From positions 1-37,547 of IMG/VR virus record IMGVR_UViG_3300018080_000343: a stretch of 37,547 nucleotides of DNA; one strand, written 5' to 3'. Below, in pieces: positions 1 to 8,729 of this stretch. Position 1 is the first letter of the stretch; every line of letters starts with the position of its first letter. Below the pieces are notes generated by a model, which saw only the letters and a list, made by a program, of their open reading frames with translations, did not search any database and was not told the DNA's origin. A program made the position numbers and the translations under genes. Origin of the DNA: a virus. Taxonomy: Duplodnaviria > Caudoviricetes.

Positions 1-235
1 CCGCAAGCGGAGTTTCCGAAACGGTGACCGTGATTGACGAGGTCTCTTCGACCGTAATCGACGTAGTGCTTGTCGAGAGCGAAATGGTTGTCGTGCTTGT
101 CGAGAGAGAAATCGTATTGGCCGACTCGTTGACGGTAATCGTCGGTGCGGATTCGTTGACCGTGATAGCTGGTGCCGACTCGATGACAGCAACATTGATT
201 GGCGTCTCTTCGACAGTCACAGCAATCGTGCTCAT
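1..235 (-). CDS. Ser/Thr/Val-rich low-complexity protein, probably virion-associated (partial; runs off the left edge)
   Basis: Not in the ORF track; read by hand from ATG at 235-233, directly after the stop of the 236-598 gene (TAAATG). Translation MSTIAVTVEETPINVAVIESAPAITVNESAPTITVNESANTISLSTSTTTISLSTS... with short tandem peptide repeats. Confidence 0.6.
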   Translation of the reverse strand, partial: MSTIAVTVEETPINVAVIESAPAITVNESAPTITVNESANTISLSTSTTTISLSTSTTSITVEETSSITVTVSETPLA

Positions 236-598
236 TTAGCTCGCCTCTTTCGGCATCTTTGGTAGAATCCGAAACCGGCCCTTCAGCAATGGATAGACAG
301 CCCCCGCCGCTGTTTCGTATTCAAGGCCGTAGACGTAATTTCCGGGATCAAGACTCGATGTGTCTGATGGCTCGAATTCAATATCAATCGAGCCATTATT
401 CATTGTTAAGCCCGATCCATTCGTCAAGTCAATCACGCCGCTCGCCGCGTCTTCGGATGTGCGAACTTGAAGCCTACCAGTGGTAGCCCTCAGGTCAAGC
501 GGACTACCATCCTGTGTAATGGTAAGAGTGCGAGCAAAGGTTGTCCCCTGTTCCATCACAATGTTGAGTACGCCAGCTTCGCTTTTGGTTTCAGCCAT
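236..598 (-). CDS. Ig-like/BppU-N-like phage structural protein
   Basis: NIVMEQGTTFARTLTITQDGSPLDL...DTSSLDPGNYVYGLE...LLKGRFRI pattern, typical of the small beta-sandwich proteins found before phage tail fibre genes. Confidence 0.6.
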   Translation of the reverse strand: MAETKSEAGVLNIVMEQGTTFARTLTITQDGSPLDLRATTGRLQVRTSEDAASGVIDLTNGSGLTMNNGSIDIEFEPSDTSSLDPGNYVYGLEYETAAGAVYPLLKGRFRILPKMPKEAS

Positions 599-609
599 TG
601 CTTTCGCCT

Positions 610-789
610 TTAGTCTGTCGTGTCTTCCAAATCGTCACTAACGTACTTATTCAAAATACCCGCAATCATCCGCGATTCTTCTTCGGTAAGCGGTCGCATC
701 GGCATTGTTCGTTCGTCTGGCTGTACGATTGCCCAGCACTGCTCAATCGGCTCTCCGTTCGCTATTTGAATGGGCTGATAACCGTGCAT
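610..789 (-). CDS. hypothetical protein (59 aa, MHGYQPIQIANGEP...)
   Basis: Read by hand; GGAGG RBS upstream of ATG 789; fills the gap between co-oriented genes. Confidence 0.55.
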   Translation of the reverse strand: MHGYQPIQIANGEPIEQCWAIVQPDERTMPMRPLTEEESRMIAGILNKYVSDDLEDTTD

Positions 790-808
790 CGGGAAACCTC
801 CCGATAAT

Positions 809-1123
809 CTATTCCTGCAACTGCTGATTGCGTCTGCGTGATAGTGCCATCACGACGCCCGCCACAGTAAGCAGCGCGCCGAAAGCCCACATCGCCTCAG
901 CGCGGGTAACGTAAGTTCCACGTTCCGATTCGATCTGGTCGCGTAGCTCGTTCATTTGAAAAAGCCTGTGATCGGTTGCCTTCTCACTTGCTGCCTGAGT
1001 TTTCTCGAAAGCGTCGAATCTCATATCGACGTAATCGCGAAGCGTCACTAAGTCGCCCCGCGTTGCCGGCGTAGTTGGTTGGTCTGCTGCGAAAACTGCC
1101 AGAAACAAAAAAAGTCTCGTCAT
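809..1123 (-). CDS. membrane protein with N-terminal hydrophobic segment, coiled coil and C-terminal TM helix
   Basis: MTRLFLFLAVFAA N-terminus; AMWAFGALLTVAGVVMAL followed by RRRN; ATGA overlap with the upstream gene. Confidence 0.6.
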   Translation of the reverse strand: MTRLFLFLAVFAADQPTTPATRGDLVTLRDYVDMRFDAFEKTQAASEKATDHRLFQMNELRDQIESERGTYVTRAEAMWAFGALLTVAGVVMALSRRRNQQLQE

Positions 1124-1395
1124 GTGTGATCCCCCGAATCCGACTCATCTTCTTTCCGTGATGATACCTTGTCGGGATGCAGTGGGCACGTAGCACATTC
1201 TAGCTCGATCTTTCGCAGTCGCCGGTCATGCTCATTGTGTAGAGCGTCTGATTTTGCATCTCTTTCCTGCCTGCCATCTAGCCTCACCTCGATGCGAGCC
1301 AATTTCGCCGTCGCCATCATCGCCCAGGGGACGCCACCAAGGAGAACGATCGCCATAAGACCTTGGAAGACTGCCAGTGCGGTTGTTGAGTCCAT
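1120..1395 (-). CDS. single-TM coiled-coil protein (holin-like, unconfirmed)
   Basis: Hydrophobic ALAVFQGLMAIVLLGGVPWAMM, then a charged coiled coil; AGGAGG RBS upstream. Confidence 0.55.
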   Translation of the reverse strand: MDSTTALAVFQGLMAIVLLGGVPWAMMATAKLARIEVRLDGRQERDAKSDALHNEHDRRLRKIELECATCPLHPDKVSSRKEDESDSGDHT

Positions 1396-1398
1396 CGG

Positions 1399-1548
1399 TC
1401 ACTTCCTCCTGCGTCGCCATTTCCGTCGTGGTGGCTGGGGCGTGATTCGCTTGTGCCGCTCCCAGTCTTGGGATTGTTCGCGGCGTATCTCTCCGGCAAC
1501 CCGCTTATTCAGTGCCGACTTGTACCCGCCCTTCGATCGACTGCCCAT
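1399..1548 (-). CDS. small basic protein (49 aa, MGSRSKGGYKSALNKR...RRKWRRRRK)
   Basis: Read by hand; exactly fills the gap between the peptidase and the 1120-1395 gene. Confidence 0.45.
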   Translation of the reverse strand: MGSRSKGGYKSALNKRVAGEIRREQSQDWERHKRITPQPPRRKWRRRRK

Positions 1549-1552
1549 GCCA

Positions 1553-2386
1553 TCATGCCCCCGGTGATTGCCGCATTCTCAGGAAGATGCACGACCAGGA
1601 AGGATACTTGCGTCTCCCGCCAATCAGCCCAAATCCCTTGTCGCCATAGCCATCGTTGCCCCAGCTATTGCGGATGCCCATCTGAACTTCGCCGCCGTTG
1701 ACGCGCCCCCAGCAGCCATAGACGTAGTGACTCCACCAGGAATAAGACAGCCCCACAGGATGACCCTGGCAAATCGCCGACATGCAACGCCAAAATCCGC
1801 TTTCACCGCTGCCGGCTTCCACGACCTCCTCCAGCCACTGATGTTTGCGATCGGCTTGCGTCTTGTCTGTGTCGTAGTTGCGCGAATAGCCGTTGGCCGG
1901 CCATAGTCTTGCGTCCGTCGCACCGTGCTCCTGGAACTTCTCGACGCCCAGCGAAGGATAGCCGCCGCGGACGCCAAAATTCGAGTAGCAATGATACGCC
2001 ACGGACGCCGGCGAGGGGACGCGATACGGCAAGCCCGCACAAGTCAGCATCAGAGAAGCGGCCCCGCAAGTGCCGAAAATCCAGCAGGTGCCGGCCTCTT
2101 GCTTTAGCGCGTCCATCTCATAGCCGAGGTGCATAAGCGACGCTTCGTGAGCCCACATATTCTCAAGCCGCTCTTTGACCTCCTGCTCATCGTACTCGAC
2201 AATGCCAGACGCTTCAAAAGGCAACGTTGCCATTCGGGCGGGATACCATTCTTCAACCGGCAGGCAGCCAGTGAAATGCAAGTTGCCCTTGTTGTCCTTG
2301 ACGACGTAATCAGCATCGGGCACGTAGTCCCGATAATTGCTGTCGTCGATGACGTGCGGTGGTTTTCCGTTCAGGGAGGTTATCAC
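1553..2386 (-). CDS. papain-like (C1 family) cysteine peptidase
   Basis: Q-x4-CW motif (KQEAGTCWIFG), catalytic His (SHYVY) and IRNSWG...YGDKGFG motif. Confidence 0.85.
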   Translation of the reverse strand: MITSLNGKPPHVIDDSNYRDYVPDADYVVKDNKGNLHFTGCLPVEEWYPARMATLPFEASGIVEYDEQEVKERLENMWAHEASLMHLGYEMDALKQEAGTCWIFGTCGAASLMLTCAGLPYRVPSPASVAYHCYSNFGVRGGYPSLGVEKFQEHGATDARLWPANGYSRNYDTDKTQADRKHQWLEEVVEAGSGESGFWRCMSAICQGHPVGLSYSWWSHYVYGCWGRVNGGEVQMGIRNSWGNDGYGDKGFGLIGGRRKYPSWSCIFLRMRQSPGA

Positions 2387-3285
2387 TTGAATTCCTCCAG
2401 CTTCTCAATCGCCGCCTCGACCGATTCCGGCAAGGGCTCAATCACTTCCCGCTCGCCGTCGCTCACAATCCACGCCGGCAATTTCGTGCCCGATTCCATC
2501 AGCAAATCCCAGCCCTCGACGTACACGGGCAACTCCAGCTTTCTACCTTCGGAGCCATCGACCAAAGATTCCGGGTGGCTGAATCGGTATGCGGGTCGGC
2601 CGTCTGATTCCTTCGCAGCGTGGGCATCCATCCAATCCCGGAGCGGTTTGCTTGTGAAAATATTGATTTGACTCTGCGGCAACTTTCCCCGCTGGTTCTC
2701 GTCGTCGATTACCAAGACGTGCAGCCCCGATACTTTCCATTGTATCGGGGCTGGCGGAGGGTCCGGGCCAGGTGGTGGATTCGGTGCCTCGCCGGTCTTG
2801 ATCGTCCACGCGAGCCGATGGATAATGGGTTGCTCACCTTCCAGTCTCGCCACCGTCACAACCACATCGTATTGCCTCAGCGGGTTGTCTTTGGCAATCT
2901 CGACCCAGACGAGAATAGTCCCGCGGAGATCCTGGAGCACGCGAACGTGGCTCGATTCGAGATAGCCCGACGGGTACACAGACACGTTGCCGCCGCGAAG
3001 TTCCGGCACCGTCACACCGTCCACTTCGAGCCACACCGACTTGCCGATTGGCACGATGTCTTCAGGGCCAGTCATCGAGGGGTCAGCAGCAGCAGCATTC
3101 GCTGCAACAAACAGAAAAAGCCAAGCGGTGGATTCGAACCACCTTGCCTTGCAGTTCTGCGGGCTACCCTCCAGGGAAGAGCTATGCCAGCGTGCCCGAC
3201 TCAGAGCCAGCTTGGCCGGGAGAGTTTTATTCGCTTCGGCTGGATTACCTCTATTCGTACTCGCATAGATCTTGGCGCTTGGCAT
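2383..3285 (-). CDS. putative exported protein with Pro-rich linker (true start uncertain)
   Basis: Signal-like WLFLFVAANAAAA; PNPPPGPDPPPAP linker; globular C-terminal domain; ATGA overlap with the peptidase. Confidence 0.6.
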   Translation of the reverse strand: MPSAKIYASTNRGNPAEANKTLPAKLALSRARWHSSSLEGSPQNCKARWFESTAWLFLFVAANAAAADPSMTGPEDIVPIGKSVWLEVDGVTVPELRGGNVSVYPSGYLESSHVRVLQDLRGTILVWVEIAKDNPLRQYDVVVTVARLEGEQPIIHRLAWTIKTGEAPNPPPGPDPPPAPIQWKVSGLHVLVIDDENQRGKLPQSQINIFTSKPLRDWMDAHAAKESDGRPAYRFSHPESLVDGSEGRKLELPVYVEGWDLLMESGTKLPAWIVSDGEREVIEPLPESVEAAIEKLEEFK

Positions 3286-3297
3286 CGCAATCGCCCC

Positions 3298-3447
3298 TTA
3301 CGTGTTGACGGTCGGGCCGGTGTCATCGTCCTTTCGGTCCTTGAGCAACTCGATTATCAGCTTGATAATCTCAAGGATAATCGACCAGTCAAACGCCACT
3401 TCCACGCCGTCATCAGATCGTCGCACTTTCATTTTCACTTCGGCCAT
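3298..3447 (-). CDS. small amphipathic-helix peptide (MAEVKMK...FDWSIILEIIKLIIELLK)
   Basis: Start moved to ATG 3447 behind a GAGAGGAG RBS; strongly amphipathic helix. Confidence 0.55.
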   Translation of the reverse strand: MAEVKMKVRRSDDGVEVAFDWSIILEIIKLIIELLKDRKDDDTGPTVNT

Positions 3448-3522
3448 GATTTTTCTCCTCTCATTAGGGTAAGACACGTATTTCTCGTCTGTCAAGACGA
3501 ATACCGCCACAATACACAGGTT

Positions 3523-3912
3523 TCACGTATCAAAAAAGTCCCCGCTATTCCCCGGAATCACGTCACAAACCACGGTTTCCACTCGCATTTCTCGCTTGGT
3601 TGACTCACCGAAAAAGTCACTTTCGTCCACAGTTTCAACCTCGTAAACCAGGCTACCGCAGGTGGCTTCTGAATATCGCAACGGCCATTTTACCACCTCG
3701 CCCGTATCGCGTCGCACAACTTGACAGCCGTTGGCGAGAGAGTATTCAGCCGACATCGGGAGGGCGTTGCTCGAATCATTTTGACCGACTCGGTACCAGA
3801 TCAAGCCTTTCTCCCAGTCGAAGAATCGCGGACCTTCCGGGTATCGCCGCTCGCGATCGCCTTCCTTTTTGGGCTCCGATTCGGCAACATCGAAAATCTC
3901 AGGTTGGTACAT
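3523..3912 (-). CDS. hypothetical protein
   Basis: 129-aa ORF co-oriented and tightly packed with its neighbours; GAGG upstream. Confidence 0.55.
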   Translation of the reverse strand: MYQPEIFDVAESEPKKEGDRERRYPEGPRFFDWEKGLIWYRVGQNDSSNALPMSAEYSLANGCQVVRRDTGEVVKWPLRYSEATCGSLVYEVETVDESDFFGESTKREMRVETVVCDVIPGNSGDFFDT

Positions 3913-3913
3913 T

Positions 3914-4366
3914 TTATTCGACCTCTTCGAATTGAATTTTTACCTTCTGGCCGCGGAAAGTAATAATCGCCCCTCGCATGTCGCAGTTGCATAATATCGC
4001 CCTGGACAAATCCGCTTCGGATAAATTCGCTTCGTACAAATTCGCCCTGGATAAATTCGCTTCGTACAAATTCGCTTCGTACAAATTCGCCCTGGATAAA
4101 TTCGCTTCGGATAAATTCGCCCTGGATAAATCCGCTTCGGATAAATCCACTTCGCACGAATTCGCCCTGGACAAATTCGCTTCGTACAAATTCGCTTCGT
4201 ACAAATTCGCCCTGGATAAATTCGCTTCGGATAAATTCGCCCTGGATAAATCCGCCCTGTACAAATTCGCCCCGGATAAATTCGCCCGTTCGCCGCCCTC
4301 TTTCGATTCCAGCCATAACATGTGCTTTCTCAGCACCTCTGCCAATTCTTCTGCCGTCATCTTCAT
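3914..4366 (-). CDS. pentapeptide repeat protein
   Basis: ELAEVLRKHMLWLESKEGGERANL N-terminus, then tandem A(N/D)L(S/Y)(E/R) pentapeptides (15-nt DNA repeats, about 3999-4290); start moved to ATG 4366 (MKMTAEEL). Confidence 0.92.
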   Translation of the reverse strand: MKMTAEELAEVLRKHMLWLESKEGGERANLSGANLYRADLSRANLSEANLSRANLYEANLYEANLSRANSCEVDLSEADLSRANLSEANLSRANLYEANLYEANLSRANLYEANLSEADLSRAILCNCDMRGAIITFRGQKVKIQFEEVE

Positions 4367-4439
4367 TTTCCCGCCCTCGTTGGTTAGTGGTTGCCGCTCT
4401 TTCCCTGCCAGGAAGGTAAAAGGGTGTTCGGTGTCATTT

Positions 4440-4730
4440 CTCGCTGTCACCCGGTTTTTGATGTTTTCCCTGGAGCACGAATTAAAACGCTGGTGACGTT
4501 GCTTTTCCACAGAACACGCTTCACGCGTGCGCGTGTGCGCGGGTACGCGCGTGCGCCCGCACACGTGAGTATGTTTCGTGAAAAATGGTGTCACCAACGT
4601 CACCCTCTCTCTCTCTCTCTCTCTAAGTTTAGTAGTAGTAGTAGTTTAGTATTTATTAGTAGAAGAAAAAAACGGTGACGTTCGTGGTGACGGTGACGTT
4701 CATCTCTGTGACACCCCACCCAAAAAAATG
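4440..4730. other. putative replication origin region
   Basis: Non-coding region downstream of the primase-helicase with several GGTGAC(G)/GTCACC copies in both orientations flanking (CT)10 at 4605-4624, (AGT)5 at 4631-4645 and an AT-rich tract. Confidence 0.5.
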
Positions 4731-4733
4731 AGA

Positions 4734-6539
4734 TTAAAATAATTCCTCATTTTCCTCATCCTCATCCAAAAATAAATCAATCGGTGTCCACCAAAATCGC
4801 CGATGTTTCGTTCGCTGAGCTTCGGCACCCGGAACTCGTTGCATGATTTCCGCGATCGACGATCTATTCCAGCGAGTTTTCGCCAACAGGTGCCGCTTTA
4901 CCCTGGTTGTGTTTACCCTCACGCCGTCACCGACGACAACGAGCCCACATTTATCTAGTGCTTTTTCTGCGTCCGTACGCTGGCTGGAATAGCCGTCACG
5001 CACAATTTCGATTAGTTGCTCCACCGACAGCCGGCCCAACTCTCGGCCTGCGTCAACGTGCGAGGAGCGGAGGGTTTCGAATAAATCCTCTGCGTCGGCC
5101 ACTACTTCGCGAGTCATCACTTCCGAATTTTTGACGAAATCCCGCAACACTGACTCGCCGCTCACGCCGATCGCAAGAGCGAACATTGCCGCAGGGACGC
5201 TGTACGTTTCTGTAACGCGATTCGAGAAACCATCCAGCTCCAGGCCCCCTATCTCGCCCGCAAGCGTCACAGCGTCGCGTACGAGCCTCACGGAGGTTGC
5301 CAATAATTTCAGCCCGACGGCCTCGCACTCCGTCTGCGTCGGCTGAATTATCGTTGGTGATCCGGGGGCTTTCGGTAATAATTCAATTCTCACAAATCGG
5401 TCAGCGTCAGTTTTTGTGGTCAGCCCCGATTCAATTCCAGCCAGCCAGAATATTTGTGAGAGTGCTTTTTCTGATCGGCCCCGCCCCTCACCGGTCCACC
5501 GCTCGTCTTCTCCCCGGCCGGCTGGTCGCACCACAGTCTCGATGATATCCTCTCGGTGCGGATTTTTATCGAGTTCGTCCATCACGGCAATTTTCGCCGA
5601 CGATCGGCAGTGCTTCATTATTCCGATTGCCGTTGTTTTCCTGCTGGCAGATTCCGCCAATCCGCAAAACATTCGCTTCAGCATCCGGAAAAAAATAGTC
5701 TTGCCGCTGACGGTTTCGCCGGTGATCGCGACTTGTGGCCGCCAATCCCAGAATTTTTGCACCCATGTTGCGAGGATCAATCCTAACGCGAGTTCGGCCC
5801 CTTTGTGAAATTGATACCGCCATCGCCTGAGAAGCCCCAGAGCATCGAGCACGGCCTGCTCATCTGATTTCTGGTTGCCATTTTCGATCAGCCGGCGAAA
5901 TTGGCAGTTGTCGCAGTCCCGCGAAGTGCAAAACCAATTTGGGTTCCCGGCCAGGTCGTAAAGACGCCCGTCGCATCGCGGCATGGCGTCGCAAATTAAA
6001 TGCTCACCGTTCCAGATCGATTTCCAGCCATCGCCGACGAGAACCACATTCCGGCCGCTTTCCCAGCAGCCGGCTTCCCGCTTCGAATCGTCAACTAATT
6101 TCGGCCGGCGCCCGGCTGCGTCGGCGATCAGCATTCGCACTTCCTCCAGTTGCATCATGCCGGCTCTGGATTCTGAGCCGCGGTGAACCTTCGCCTTGAC
6201 GACCGCCTTTGTGCAAATTTGAGCGAGTCGAGCCATCTTGATCCGCTCGATGTCGCGAATCCGCGTAAACTTCCGGGTTGTGGTACAAAATACCTCCACC
6301 GATCCGTCCTCATATTCGCCGATTACATCGAGCCCCAGTTCGGCCAGCATCGCATCGTCGGCTGTCTGCTCCTCTTCTTTTGCCCTGGCCGGTGTGTAGA
6401 CTTCTGACCGATCTCGCATCGCGATCAGTTCGCGGGCGATGTCGTCGCGAGTTTTGCCGGCTTCTCTCTGGCCAATAATCCACTCGCGAATATCGCCAGA
6501 CGGCGGAATGATCTTGCGGACTTCCATGCCACAACTCAT
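4734..6539 (-). CDS. primase-helicase C-terminal part (end of Toprim plus P-loop helicase)
   Basis: Begins VRKIIPPSGDIREWI, resembling the last Toprim strand/helix; Walker A ITGETVSGKT; Walker B IAVMDE. Confidence 0.75.
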   Translation of the reverse strand: MSCGMEVRKIIPPSGDIREWIIGQREAGKTRDDIARELIAMRDRSEVYTPARAKEEEQTADDAMLAELGLDVIGEYEDGSVEVFCTTTRKFTRIRDIERIKMARLAQICTKAVVKAKVHRGSESRAGMMQLEEVRMLIADAAGRRPKLVDDSKREAGCWESGRNVVLVGDGWKSIWNGEHLICDAMPRCDGRLYDLAGNPNWFCTSRDCDNCQFRRLIENGNQKSDEQAVLDALGLLRRWRYQFHKGAELALGLILATWVQKFWDWRPQVAITGETVSGKTIFFRMLKRMFCGLAESASRKTTAIGIMKHCRSSAKIAVMDELDKNPHREDIIETVVRPAGRGEDERWTGEGRGRSEKALSQIFWLAGIESGLTTKTDADRFVRIELLPKAPGSPTIIQPTQTECEAVGLKLLATSVRLVRDAVTLAGEIGGLELDGFSNRVTETYSVPAAMFALAIGVSGESVLRDFVKNSEVMTREVVADAEDLFETLRSSHVDAGRELGRLSVEQLIEIVRDGYSSQRTDAEKALDKCGLVVVGDGVRVNTTRVKRHLLAKTRWNRSSIAEIMQRVPGAEAQRTKHRRFWWTPIDLFLDEDEENEELF

Positions 6540-6748
6540 CTTAAATGCGGAAAATCATATCTGTCGCCGCTGTAATCACGCACAACCGTTATCCCGCCAT
6601 TGCGAGTATTCACCACGTCGAAATTTCTATGTGCTGCCTCTTGCCACGGTTCCCAGCCCGCTTGGATCTCCGCACACATCGCACGAATCTCATCTTCGTC
6701 CGGCACAAGGTCACAACCACGCCCGCTAGGATTCGGATCAGCAATCAT
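6536..6748 (-). CDS. small hypothetical protein between the primase halves
   Basis: 70 aa, PDEDEIRAMCAEIQAGW motif; overlaps both flanking ORFs. Confidence 0.6.
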   Translation of the reverse strand: MIADPNPSGRGCDLVPDEDEIRAMCAEIQAGWEPWQEAAHRNFDVVNTRNGGITVVRDYSGDRYDFPHLR

Positions 6749-7655
6749 CGCATAACACCCCTATAGCTTTGTCGGCACCGCGATTGCCAACCTCGTCAGA
6801 ATCGCCAACCACGACAACCGATTTCCCTTCGAATGCCTTCCGCCATTCAGCCGGAAACGATCCGGCCCCGCAGACGTTGGCTACGGCAATGTCTGCGGCT
6901 GGAATAACACCCGCCAGTGCGAGAGCATCGGTTGTGCCCTCACATTTCCAGACCGACTTCGCCACTTGGAATTCATCCGGCGTGCCGATCACGACTAACC
7001 CATCGCCCTTGCAGCCGAGCATATGAGCCTTTCGCTCTGGCAGGCTTCCATACGATGAAAACGGCTGCCCGTCAGCCCGATAAATAATATGCCCCTTCTC
7101 TCGCCACGTCAGTGGATCGAATACGACAAACGCCAGCACTCGTTGCCGATCTTCGCGGTATGCCGCCTTGGGCCACCATGCAGCCGCCCATCGCACGCGA
7201 AAGAGTTGTGATGCCTCAATGCCCTGCTTCGCTCGAAGCCACGTTGTAGCCCACTGTCGCTTGTCCACGTCGCGGAAACTGAGCGAGTCATCAGCCGTGT
7301 TTTTCCTGGCAGACTTCAGCCCCAGGTAATCTGCGATTCGCTGGCAAGCCTCTTTGAAATCCACATCAAGCATCCACTGCACAGCCGCAATTCCGTCGCC
7401 CGATTTTGGCGACGTGTCTCCGTTGTGGCAGTGCGAGCAAAAAACAGCACCAACCAATTCATCGAGCATCCGAAACCGAGTTGACCCGCCGCATTTTGGG
7501 CAGGGGTGTTCTCGTTTTGAGCCGTCCAGGATGTCGGATGGGATACCGCCCAGAGAGGAAAGGATTTCCCGCCAACGTCCGGCTGCGGCTTGCTTGATGT
7601 CGGAGGCTTTCATCTGCAGTTTCCGGTCTCCCGATATTTTCAAGTAAAAGACCAT
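6738..7655 (-). CDS. DNA primase N-terminal part (Zn ribbon plus Toprim)
   Basis: AAGRWREIL, HPCPKCGGSTRFR...CSHC zinc ribbon (P4-alpha/TraC-like), Toprim CEGTTDALAL and VVVGDSD. Confidence 0.85.
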   Translation of the reverse strand: MVFYLKISGDRKLQMKASDIKQAAAGRWREILSSLGGIPSDILDGSKREHPCPKCGGSTRFRMLDELVGAVFCSHCHNGDTSPKSGDGIAAVQWMLDVDFKEACQRIADYLGLKSARKNTADDSLSFRDVDKRQWATTWLRAKQGIEASQLFRVRWAAAWWPKAAYREDRQRVLAFVVFDPLTWREKGHIIYRADGQPFSSYGSLPERKAHMLGCKGDGLVVIGTPDEFQVAKSVWKCEGTTDALALAGVIPAADIAVANVCGAGSFPAEWRKAFEGKSVVVVGDSDEVGNRGADKAIGVLCDDC

Positions 7656-7661
7656 TCTCCG

Positions 7662-7988
7662 TCAGACACGCTTGCCGCCGTGGCGGTAGCCACGCTGACG
7701 ATTCTTCTCCAGCTTCGCACGGACCACGGAATCGAAATCGTCCGTGAACGCGGCCACACAATCCAGGACACGGATCACGATGTCGGCCATTTCTTCGATG
7801 AAATTCTCGCCGTCGTCATGCCGGAAGGCTTCAAGAGCTTCGGACACTTCACTATGTATCAATGCCAGAATTGCAGGCACCTTGTATGCGCCGCCCCATT
7901 GTTCTGGCTGCGTCACGTTCCACCCGTTCCCCTCGTTTATCTGCCGGATCTCTTCTGCCAATTGCTGCAGCACTCTGTTCTCCGTCAT
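7662..7988 (-). CDS. MazG-like nucleotide pyrophosphohydrolase
   Basis: LALIHSEVSEALEAFR...EEMADIVIRVLD...KLEKNRQRGYRHGGK signature. Confidence 0.88.
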   Translation of the reverse strand: MTENRVLQQLAEEIRQINEGNGWNVTQPEQWGGAYKVPAILALIHSEVSEALEAFRHDDGENFIEEMADIVIRVLDCVAAFTDDFDSVVRAKLEKNRQRGYRHGGKRV

Positions 7989-8236
7989 CAGATAACCTCT
8001 TCTTCTTCCTCTGGCGACGGCATCCCCATGTCATCCATTCGCACAACGCGGATTGCCGGCAGGTTGTATCCTTCTGATTCGTAATCGTTTTTTGATGGAT
8101 GCTTTCCGCCCCATCTGCTTTTTCTTTTTCTCGCGAGATTCTCACGCCGAATTTTGCGGCATTCCCTCGCGATTTCAGCCGGAGTCGGGCAGTAACGGCA
8201 ATTGATTATCACCCCGTCTGGATCTACCGTTTGCAT
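7988..8236 (-). CDS. small hypothetical protein (related to 6536-6748)
   Basis: PTPAEIARECRKIR motif; start provisionally moved to ATG 8236. Confidence 0.5.
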   Translation of the reverse strand: MQTVDPDGVIINCRYCPTPAEIARECRKIRRENLARKRKSRWGGKHPSKNDYESEGYNLPAIRVVRMDDMGMPSPEEEEEVI

Positions 8237-8729
8237 GATTGTGCTTCCATACTTTTTCGAGCAGGCGAAACGCGAATAACTCGGCACGTCGCCGGCTACC
8301 GGGGAAATGAAAACTTACTCGCGGATACCGTACCATCCAGGAGGTTACAGTTGCCGCGGCTGCGTGAGGGTGAAATTCCGAACGCCAGTCGTTGTGATAT
8401 TTTTCCGGGCTGCAAAACTCTGGCCAACTCGCCTCGACAATCACCCACGTTTTTCGAAGCGAGAAATTCATGTGCTCGATTTGCTCGCGGAAAGCGTCGC
8501 GTCCGCACTTTGGCGACAGCGAGAGGTACGCATCATTCAGGCTTTTTCGCTCGATCGAAAACTCCGGGATACCTTCCACCTGGTAGTCACCCTCGTCAAT
8601 CGGCAGCCGGATTTCTCGCGTCTGAACTTCGACTGGCTGCATACGCGACTTGATCAGCATTTGGCAATCTTGAAAGAGCCACGGAGCACCTTCGTTTGTG
8701 TCAACTAAAATCGTGAATGGAGTTTTCAT
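8175..8729 (-). CDS. ERCC4/XPF-domain nuclease
   Basis: ILVDTNE, GDY, IERKS motifs (GD-x-ERKxxxD). Confidence 0.85.
   Translation of the reverse strand: MKTPFTILVDTNEGAPWLFQDCQMLIKSRMQPVEVQTREIRLPIDEGDYQVEGIPEFSIERKSLNDAYLSLSPKCGRDAFREQIEHMNFSLRKTWVIVEASWPEFCSPEKYHNDWRSEFHPHAAAATVTSWMVRYPRVSFHFPGSRRRAELFAFRLLEKVWKHNHANGRSRRGDNQLPLLPDSG

Noticed and set aside
1468-1478. TTGGGATTGT, a 10-nt match to the CRISPR repeat
   Set aside because: Short, inside a probable small CDS, far from the locus and without supporting structure.
2620-3603. Long plus-strand ORFs such as 2620-3603, 17478-18395, 28298-29062 and 34669-35478
   Set aside because: Antisense shadows of well-supported minus-strand genes in GC-rich DNA; no motifs or RBS support.
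3801-4496. Alternative-frame repeat ORFs (3801-4316 minus, 3978-4496 plus)
   Set aside because: Shadows of the 15-nt repeats in the pentapeptide gene.
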